Shown piece by piece: positions 54,920-64,000 of a stretch of 64,000 nt of DNA (positions are counted from its first letter, which is position 1; each line of letters begins with the position of its first letter). The notes under the pieces were generated by a model. It ran no database searches, was not told where the DNA came from, and saw nothing but the letters and a program-made list of their open reading frames with translations. The position numbers and the translations under genes were made by a program. The stretch is from the NCBI GenBank assembly GCA_951406725.2, contig OX597837.1, positions 13,578,001-13,642,000 of the forward strand. Direction: 5' to 3'. Source of the stretch: Octopus vulgaris (lineage: Eukaryota).

Positions 54920-55992
54920 TGAATACATTTTTAAAGAATTTCATATACAAAGTAAAAGGCAATTCTATAAAGTTGCCATCAGACTTGATTACTGCCTTCA
55001 TACATCTTCCGAAACAACTAAACACATTGATCAAAAGATCTTTATTCATGCTGTCCACAATGTCCCCAATAGCAGACGTCAACAAGTCCTTGGTATTGTG
55101 TGCATGTTCATTCTTCTCCCTCCCAACGATACCCCAGATGTAGTAGTCCAGGAGTTTTAAATTAGGAGAATTAGAAGGCCAAACGTTAAGGGTCACATAA
55201 TTATGAGCATTTCTGGCCACCCACTTCTGGGTTGTGCCAGAGAAGGAGCAAAGTCATACTGGAATGTTCAGCTTCCCTTAAGTAACTGTCTTGATCTAAA
55301 GCTTGACAACCATCTCCATTGTTTCAATGAAGGCTACTGCATTGACCCAAAGATCTTGTGAGAAAAAATGAGGGGGTATGACATGGTTCACAAACCCCAT
55401 GACTATTAAAGATGATAGGAACTTGATGTGCATAATAGTGGAGCCTTAAGCAGGGCTGGTGCAGAGACATGTCATTCCTTTTGTTCAGTTTTTGATCTTG
55501 GATAAAATTCTCATCTGAGAAGAACCAAGAACCAGAGCATGTTGGGATTCTTGGGGTGCTTGGGTTCCGCAAGCACTTCAACCAGATCTAATGGTTTTCC
55601 TGGGTTTTATCAGACATGATCTGCCATCTTCTCATAATAATACAGGATTTGTATGTGATGACTTTGTGCACCACATGTCTAATCATTGATTCTGACACAT
55701 GGAAACAATTAGCAATAACCCGCGTTGACTTGCTGGATTCTTGTTAATGATGTTCTGGACTTGGTGAATAAACCTAATTTTTCTGAGGAGCTCTTTTTTG
55801 ATCCTCAACATGAAGGACCGGGTGACATTTAAGGAGGTTGCAATCTCAGAATTACTGTGGTTGGCAATGAGAATGGTATGTCTTTTTATTGTCTGCTTTA
55901 GATTCTGGGGCTGAAAAAAGAGAAGAAATTTAGTTAAAGTTTGAGCTCCTTATGGGCCCACTTTTGTTCTTAACATGGCAGACACAACCTGT
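54920..55992 (-). pseudogene. decayed Tc1/mariner (maT/DD37D-like) transposon
   Basis: WFFSDENF and WPSNSPNLKLLDYYIWG motifs; possible TIR remnant caggttgtgtc near 55981-55991. Confidence 0.75.
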
Positions 55993-55999
55993 TTATATA

Positions 56000-56464
56000 T
56001 ACATATAATGCCATTTTATTTCATTAAGTTTTAAAACTTAAATCAGCTAAATGTTTCCCATCATTGTCAACACACTGTTGGAGACGTTCATGAAAGTTAT
56101 CGATAACTCTTTGGATCATTTCTTCTGGAATGGTGAAATGTGATTTCTTCTTGTGGAGATATTTAGAATCAAAAGTATTCAGTCATCGCCTTCGATCTAT
56201 TGATGAATTAAAACGTGCAATTTGTGTAGAAATAGCAACCATTCCAGAAGAAATGATCCATAGAGTTATCGATAACTTTCATGAACGTCTCCAACAGTGT
56301 GTTGACAATGAGGGAAGCATTTAGCTGATTTAATTTTTAAAACTTAATGAAATAAAATGGCATTATATGTACATTCAGAAAAGAAAATTTTTCTTTTCCT
56401 TATTTCTTATTTTGTGCTTTTATTAAGCCTCCAAATGTGTCTGATCACTTCGGTCCACCCTGTA
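56000..56464 (+). mobile_element. mariner-type transposon 3' end with a fold-back inverted duplication
   Basis: CDFFLWRYLESKVF…IDELKRAI…NFHERLQQCV; TIR end caccctg-TA at 56456-56464; 56000-56134 is the inverse of 56238-56371. Confidence 0.8.
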
Positions 56465-58114
56465 TATATATCATATGAAATAAAAGTCAAAACACTGTGA
56501 TGGTTTTTAAAAAATGTACTTTATATTTGAATAAATGAAGCAACAACCCCTTTTCAGATAAATAAACTAAACTGGTGTGCTTTTGATTCTTGCACACAGA
56601 ATAGTAGATGTCATGTTCATATAGGAATGTTCTAGACAGACCATAGTTCTTACACTACAGTAACCAACAAGTTCAACACATCTTTGTCCCAAATGTATTT
56701 CAACAAGGAGAGGCACAGTGGTTGAGACAGTTAATATATCAAAAAAAAAAAAAAAGGGATGAAATAAGGAGATATTTATTTACATTCAGCACATGAGCTG
56801 TTGCGTAGCATCACACACACAGACACAAACACATATGCTGCATTTAAATGTAAAACAGCATTGCCAAGTGTCTGGAGGTTAGAATTCCACGTTTTTTGAA
56901 GGGATAAGAAGAGGTTGCAATCCAGATTAGCTAAAACTTAGAGGCTCTATTTCCTTATTTTTTCTTCTAGATTGTCTCAATTTAAATTAAATGCAAATGT
57001 GACCAAATTCTGTCAAAAGCAATAATTAAGCAGAATAAAAGATCTGATTTACTACAAAACTAATTGTAAAGTCACTGCTGTAGAATCTAACCAAAAGTCG
57101 TTATATTTAAGAAAAATTTGCTAAGGTGCAATCCCCTTCATTTGTCAATGAAACAGGACCCTGCCATTAAAGGTTCTGCTTGATCCCGACTAAATTGATG
57201 TCAACTATTTACGAAAAATATACAAAAATATAAATAAGGTTAACAGTGACATCTAAAGAATTATATATCGAGCAAAATTTGACATCTTGAAGGTGTTTCT
57301 TGGATCAGAAGAAACGATCCTGTTTTGTTTTTTACGCATCTTGTCCTTAAAATAGATTTCCCCTCCAGTAATCCAAACTGAATAGTGATAAGCTAGTAGC
57401 CACATAATTTAAATGGTTCTTGAAAATAGGAAAAAAATTTTGATAATCTCTGGCAACATGAGTATCCAAAGATGTGAATGACTTTTAGATTGGCTTTCTT
57501 CCAAAATACCTCAGCAACAGAAATTAAAAAGTTTTATTCAATGATTCGAGAATGGTTTTGAACCATTTATGTCAACAGTGTTCACTATAGTTTTAACAGA
57601 TATAGACATGGGGGAACAGGTATTAATAGGGTCTTCATTTGGGGGCCTCCTTTCCTTTGCATTGCATGTAATTTGAAACAAATCCCTCCGTCTTTGCAGT
57701 TGTGGTTGCAATCAAAAAAAGAATAAATAAATAAAATTCTGCAAAGAAAAAAATGAATAAATAAATAAAAGCTAAAGTTTCACAGCCATATTGTTTAAGG
57801 TGGGTTCCGTTTCTGGGTGGTGGTCATATGGTGTAGTGTCTGTGTGTAGCTTGGTCTTGTTATCTTCATCCAAAAATCGACCGGTAAAGTAATGTTTTAT
57901 AATCCACTGGTCAGCTAGCAGCGTATGGTAGAGCAGCTTGTACAGGTGACTGATGTGAATAGCTGTTCTTCCCTCCACAGGTAAAGGTGGGCAGTAGATT
58001 CCCAGCTGATGAACAAGATGCTAGCTTCTCTTCTCAGATCATCATCATCATCATCAGCAGAGAAGAGAGATAAAGACAGAGAATTAGAAATGTAATCATA
58101 GAACTGTCCCCTTC

Positions 58115-58294
58115 TCAGTTGTCTTTTAGTATAATGTTGTAATGTCTATCGTCTTCGGTAATAAGGTACACCTTGTCCCAGTTTTTGTCCGGCAAATCAG
58201 GAAATTTCAGTATAAAATCCTCTCTACCATATCGATATAGACGAGGCACCGTTATTTGTACACCGAGTGCATGTCCTAAGAGGCACATATCAAT
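58115..58294 (-). CDS. OTULIN: OTULIN last coding exon (IDMCLLGHALGV…LITEDDRHYNIILKDN*)
   Basis: EDDRHYN catalytic His/Asn motif; ttacag acceptor, TGA stop. Confidence 0.95.
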   Translation of the reverse strand: MDMCLLGHALGVQITVPRLYRYGREDFILKFPDLPDKNWDKVYLITEDDRHYNIILKDN

Positions 58295-59139
58295 CTGTAA
58301 AAAACGAAAAAAAAGAAGTATTTAAAGAGCAAGTTTCAACTAAACCCATTTGCAAATTCTTCATTCAAATTTTTAAACCCTTTTGGCACCAACTTGCCTG
58401 AGACCACGGTTGGTAATATGATACAAACTCCTCGTTTTGAAGTGATCTAAATGAAATCTTCCATCAAAATTTCAAATTATTTTGTGTTCCTAATACCTTT
58501 ACTACCCACAAGGGGCTAAACACAGAGGGGACAAACAAGGACAGACACACAGATTAAGCCAATTACATCGACCCCAGGGTGTAACTGGTACTTATTTAAT
58601 CGACCCCGAAAGGATGAAAGGCAAAGTCTACCCCGGCGGAATTTGAACTCAGAACGTAGCGGCAGACGAAATACCTATTTCTTTACTACACACAAGGGGC
58701 TAAACACAGAGGGGACAAACAAGGACAGACAAATGGATTAAGTCAATTATTTCGACCCCAGTGCGTAACTGGTACTTATTTAATCAACCCCGAAAGGATG
58801 AAAGGAAAAGTCGACCTCAGTAGAATTTGAACTCAGAACGTAACAGCAGACGAAATACCGCTAAGCATTTTGCCTGGAGTGCTAACGTTTCTGCCAAATT
58901 TGTCACCTTATGTTCCTAATACCAGCTTAATAACGATAAAAGTTATTTTACTAAATTCTTCCTTATTTTATAAATTAATCAAAACTAAGGCAAAATATTA
59001 CAACAGAAATATGGTAACAAAAAGAATTAAACAAGAAATGAAACAGTTCATAGAATGGAATAAATCTGGAAGCATGAAAGGGCTCAGCGTGAAAAGCTAG
59101 ACACCTCCCCATTCTTAAAGCACACCAACTGATAATGTT

Positions 59140-59372
59140 TTGCAAACCGCTTATATTTACTATAAATCACCTCCCTCCGACAAGTCATCCTAACGAGACG
59201 TCTGCATTGGCTGGGTCATGCCCTCCGTCGTCAACCAGAATTCATCTACGAAGTAATTACCACAGTTCCCCTTCAGAGTTGGTGAAAGCGATGTGGTGGA
59301 CAGCGAAAAACCTGGCTGATGACAGTCAAGGCTGATCTGGAACCCAATCTAGGCCCCCATGTCTATGGTGGC
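59140..59372 (+). mobile_element. RTE-clade LINE C-terminal fragment in an OTULIN intron
   Basis: RRLHWLGHALRR…GGQRKTWLMTVKADLE. Confidence 0.7.
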
Positions 59373-59784
59373 TATTATATCTACTTCAAATTTTTTTTGT
59401 CTTTAATTTAGACAAAAGCCTGGTAATTTTGAAGGAAGGGATAAGCTTATACTATCATCCTCAGTAGTTGACTGGAACTTTATTTAATCAACCCTGGAGG
59501 GATGAAAGACAAAGTTGACCACAGCAAGGTTTGAACTCGCAATGTAAAGAGCTGAAACAAACGCAGCAAGGAGTTTTCTCTGACATACTAACAATTCTGT
59601 CAGCCCACCACCCTTATATGTTTTATAATTATTTCCAAACAGCTACCATATTCCACTACATAATATTATTCTCGTTAGAAGGAAAAATCTAGAATTCCAA
59701 TAATGATTATGATGATAAACTTAGAAACGTTTAACAGACTCGGAATCCTTTTAAAAGAAGTTGCCATTTCCAAAGAATACAAAC

Positions 59785-60051
59785 CTGTTCTAAACCATCA
59801 TTGTCTCCGACTGCATTCAAAATGTTTCTTAACAAGTCCGCAGGGGTATGAGATGTATCACGAGCAAATATAAACTGGACAAAGAAGGGATAATCAACAG
59901 CTTGTTGGTTTTTATAAACGTCAATTATATCAAGCAACATAAGCAATTTGGCAGCTTCCATTATTTTTATATCAACAATTGGTTCTCTGTTTAAGAGGTC
60001 CTCCACCCAGTCTTCTCTCTCTGTCTTGTCCATCTCTAAAGCTAAGTTATG
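59785..60051 (-). CDS. OTULIN: OTULIN exon (…MEAAKLLML…FIFARDTSHTPADLLRNILNAVGDNDGLEQ)
   Basis: FARDTS and GLEQ motifs of OTULIN; tttcag / gtttgt splice sites; 267 nt. Confidence 0.95.
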
Positions 60052-60629
60052 CTGAAATGAAAGAAAGAAAGAAATATTGCTTTATCTGTCAGGAAACACT
60101 AAGAAATTACTTTAACAAGAATATGTTTTTGACCTTATAAGCACATGCAGCTGAGGGCTTAGCTATTGTTAACCGACAGCTAGGGTTAAGGGAAAAATAG
60201 GAAACTTCTGGCAATAATACCAAATACAAATCCACTTAGCAATTACATTACAAGAAAATATTTTAACGACTTTTGAAAGTTGAAACTGATTGTAACATGA
60301 ACTGAAAATGAATAGAATAGCAATTTTTTTTACTATGTAGTTATAGTTTGTCATTACCTCCATGAGGCCCAATGCTCGAATGGTGCCTTTTATGTGCCAC
60401 TGGCACGTGTGACAGTTACAGGACACCAGCATCAGCCACAACTACGATTTCACTTCACTCGAAAGGTTTTCTCAAGCACAGATTGTCACCAAAGGTCTTA
60501 GAAAATTGGGTAAATATCTTTAGAAAATGGCAAAAAAGAGACTAGCAAACCACGACAGTGAATCAAACACTGGACCTCATTTGATTCTCTGTAGCAGCTT
60601 GCTGGTCACTATTTTCCGTTTTCCAAGGG

Positions 60630-60815
60630 TATTTCATCATCATTGTTCGACCGTGGTTGAGACAATGGAATTTACTATGTTACGCCAGACTTCACGGTCC
60701 ATCATAGCATTACGGAGGTCCTGTTGCTGGATGCCTGTATCCCTGGAGCAGGGTAGGAGAGTGTGCGCCCTCTGGAATCGCGAGCAGATGGCTTCCAGAG
60801 GAGAAGAGTTACCTA
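60630..60815 (-). mobile_element. RTE/RTEX-like LINE 3' end
   Basis: LLLWKP…RGRTLSYP…DTGI…MMDREVWR followed by a (TGA)n tail. Confidence 0.65.
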
Positions 60816-60884
60816 ATCTTTAATTTTCCACAGCTATTCTGCATTCAAGATTTACTGTATTAAGAGAGATAAAAATCAAGTTAC

Positions 60885-61007
60885 CTGTGAGTAAAATTCA
60901 TCAATGCAAGAAAATAGCATTTCTTTCACATCAGTGTAGTTTAAACGCCTGGCAAATGACCACCTCTTTAGTTCCCATTCTGGTTCCTCCAAATATTGGT
61001 TCAAAAG
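60885..61007 (-). CDS. OTULIN: OTULIN exon (LLNQYLEEPEWELKRWSFARRLNYTDVKEMLFSCIDEFYSQ)
   Basis: ttctag / gtaact splice sites; 123 nt, phase 0-0. Confidence 0.88.
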
Positions 61008-61872
61008 CTAGAAGAGTACCACAAAGGTATAGACATTTATTTACATGAATATCAGAGAAAATACCTACACTTGAAACCTTCCATTATATAAATTTAACCG
61101 AAAGGACATCAATAGTAATTATTTTTGATATAATACGGAAAGGCTATCACGAGATAAAACATTTCTTCTAAGAACTAGTCTGCTAATCTAGTCAATGAAA
61201 ATTTGTTCATTTGTTTTTATGTCCGTTTTTCCATGCTAGCATGGGTTAAATGAATATATTTTGTTGGAACATTGTTTTGAAACTGGAAACCCTCTCTTCT
61301 AATAGTCCTTACCTGTTTTTCTAGTAAGAATGTGAGAAAAACAGATTGTGACTTAAAGTGAGATAGAAAAGGTTGCTGAAAAAAAATCGTTATTGCAAAA
61401 TATTACTTCATCAATAAGAACTTCTGAAACACTGAATATAAAAGTTGATAATCTATTTCCAAAGTATTGAAGTTTCAAACAATTTTTTCTTGTTCCAACT
61501 TGTGAATCCATTTATTTTAGCTGTCCCAGACTAACTAGAAAACAAGAGAGAGAAATTAGAACTTAGAAGAGACAGGAAAGAAAAAAAAATTGTGCAAAAG
61601 TTTGCATTAACAAAACTTCAAAAGTACCAGAAAATTACTGAGACTGTAACAAATAGTCATTTGTGTATCATACTTAATGTAGATAATCTCCAAAACACAA
61701 ATTATAATATCTCTTATTGACACATCCATAAGAGATATCTCCAGACAAATACAGCAATTAATTTGCCTTTTTGTGATGTCTGCATTAAGTATGATACACA
61801 GATGACTATTTTAATCTAATCTGCTTTTGTTGCACACAACAGGTTATTATGGAAAATATTTTTCTCTCTTAC

Positions 61873-62025
61873 GTTCTTTACAATTTCTGCTGTAGCAAAT
61901 TCCTGTTTTATTGCAATTCCATTTATTAGCAGTTGAACTATACAGGAACGGATTCCACAATAGTTATCTCCACGTATAACTCGTATGTAGGTACAGCTGA
62001 AGGTCTGTTGTACGAAATCATAAGC
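61873..62025 (-). CDS. OTULIN: OTULIN exon with catalytic Cys (AYDFVQQTFSCTYIRVIRGDNYCGIRSC...)
   Basis: RGDNYC motif of the OTULIN/FAM105 OTU domain; ttcag / gtaag splice sites; 153 nt. Confidence 0.95.
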
Positions 62026-62164
62026 CTGAAATACGAAGAGAATACAAAAGCCTGAAATATGGAATCATAAACCTGAAACACAAGCAGAAAGAATTACGTA
62101 AGTTTAATAGTTGCATTGAAGTATGAAAATGAGTAAATTCGATCCAAGAACAGATAGACATGCT

Positions 62165-62595
62165 GGGTCTTTTCGGTTTAAACGGCAGTTTTTTCTAGCG
62201 GCGTCATATGAAATTGTCACCCATAATTATAACCCTAGTATCGATCTATTGCATTTCAATCTGTTTTAGGGTTTAGGGTAAGTTAGGGTTAGGGGTGGGG
62301 GGAAGGGTATCTTTTTTTCTTCAGAAATGTAAATAAACCCAATCTGTTTCTTAAACGAGGGACATTTTCATACGGCACAGAATGTTTTTTTACCTCAATA
62401 GACGTCAGTGATTGATTGAAATTGCAAAAATTGAAGAAAAAAAAACAACAAATATCTTACAAACTATAGAATTTTCTCAATAAAGCCAAAAGAAAAAGAT
62501 GTTTTATAAACACATTCTACCAGTATACGAAGTTTAAAATTTTTTTAGTTATCTAGAAATTACGTTAAAAACTGCTGTTCAAACCGAAAAGATCC
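62165..62595. mobile_element. second copy of the GGATC-TIR MITE, in an OTULIN intron
   Basis: reverse-complement match to 15163-15576. Confidence 0.8.
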
Positions 62596-63230
62596 GATAT
62601 GCTTAACCCTTTGCCTGTTTTGTGTCTCACATCTGATACACGGGACATATTTCTTTGGCATCTGTACATCGTATATGACAGACGTTTTCAATTTTTTCAA
62701 TTATTAGAGTAACTTGGGACTTATGAAAAGAAAGCTTTTTAATACTCAGAGTATATGAAACAAGAGCTAACTAAACATTTTCAAACAAGCACAGACTTTT
62801 AGAATAAATTTAAGAGAATGCTTTGGAGGACGACGACCCATAAGTGTAGTGGGTGCTTTTTACGTGCCAGGGGAGGCTGGCAATGGCCACGATCGGTTGG
62901 TGGTTTTTATGTGCCACCGACACGGAAGCTATTCAAGGTGGTGCTGGCATTGGCCACATACAGATGGTGCTTTTTAGGTGCCACTGGGTCAGGGTAGGCT
63001 GGCGTGAAATTAACATGCACTCCACAGACATGCCTATCCTTAACATAGTTCTGAAGGAGATTCAGTGTGACACAGAGTGTGACAAAGCCAGCCCTTTGAT
63101 TACGGGTATGGTTCATTTTTGTCAGCTGAGTGACGTGACAAGTCACACAAAAATAAACAAACAATAAAAAAAAAAACCAACTAACAAGTGAAAAAGCAAA
63201 CAAACAAACAATAATGATATAAACATTTAC

Positions 63231-63340
63231 CTCTCGATATTTCTGAGATACTGGGTTGTCCCTAGGCCATCGAGTTTTACCATATTCTTGTATATTTTGT
63301 TGGGGGCCTACATTTATAACATTTTTCTCTTCATCTCTCC
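63231..63340 (-). CDS. OTULIN: OTULIN internal exon (RDEEKNVINVGPQQNIQEYGKTRWPRDNPVSQKYRE)
   Basis: ttttacag / gtaaat splice sites; aligns to [21 protein letters not shown]; upstream exons lie outside the window. Confidence 0.88.
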
Positions 63341-63509
63341 CTGTAAAATATTATTAAAACAAATAATTGAAAAAAAAAAGAAACAAAAGCAAAGCAAGAA
63401 AGCATCAGTTTCTAATATTTGAGAATTTATAAAATCCTGAAGACGAATTTCAATTCTTACAAGAGGGCGCCAACTACCAAAGACTAGAAATTTTAAGTTC
63501 TTTGTAATG

Positions 63510-63965
63510 TGGTCCGAGTCTTTAGTTTGAGTTCCTCCTGCTTCTAACGGAACATTGGTGTGGTGTCCGCTGCTGCCACTTTTGCATCAGTCCAGGTCAA
63601 CTGCAGGTCCCTTAAGTCCTCATGGAGAGTACTGCACCCATTTCTGGGTGGTCTACCTCTCCCTCGTTTGATCCCAGCCAGTGTCCAGGTCAATGCAGTG
63701 TGTTCCTATAACCGTATTATTAAATGTCTAATGAATCCCAATCTTCACTTCTTGACAATGTCTGATAGGTTGTCTAGCCCTGACCACTGCATGACCTCCT
63801 TATGGGTGATGTAGTCCCTCCACAATGTTCCAAGTTTATAACGAATGCATCGCCTACAAAAGATGTCCAATTTGTTAATGATGCTAGCTGTCCTTTTCCG
63901 TGTCTGGTACACACAGATAGCAGTAGGCACGACAATCGACAAGTAGAGATGACTTTTTAGAGTGC
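63510..63965 (-). mobile_element. RTE-clade LINE 3' fragment
   Basis: SIVVPTAI…NKLDIFCRRCIR…WRDYITHKEV…KRGRGRPP motifs. Confidence 0.75.
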
Positions 63966-64000
63966 AAGCACCCTGAGAGAAAAGTTGGAAAGAAGAAGTA

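Noticed and set aside
57772-57978. 68-aa ORF after the OTULIN stop, as possible read-through
   Set aside because: The in-frame read-through hits another TGA after 26 codons; no recognised homology, so most likely 3' UTR

Overview
This is AT-rich, repeat-dense eukaryotic DNA; the SINE, MITE and Penelope repertoire resembles a coleoid cephalopod (Octopus-like, inferred). Three spliced genes lie on the minus strand, assembled by hand from splice sites and reading phase. MYCBP/AMY-1 has 5 coding exons (7805-32324, 105 aa), and its intron 3 is a GT-AG U12-type minor intron. HAUS2/CEP27 has 6 coding exons (40933-51809, 213 aa). The 3' five exons of OTULIN (58115-63340) carry intact RGDNYC and EDDRHYN catalytic motifs, and its 5' end lies beyond the window. 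The rest is tRNA-derived SINEs (often tandem or nested), RTE and CR1 LINE fragments, decayed Tc1/mariner transposases, piggyBac-like and Merlin-like MITEs, Penelope-like pieces and long microsatellites. Most ORFs in the supplied track are repeat or microsatellite artefacts. The most notable oddities are a 203-bp TSD-flanked insertion carrying a minimal hammerhead-ribozyme motif sense to the MYCBP pre-mRNA, a 61-bp tandem array inside the U12 intron, a 135-bp fold-back of a mariner fragment below OTULIN, and several intronic hairpins. I found no clearly new biological system.
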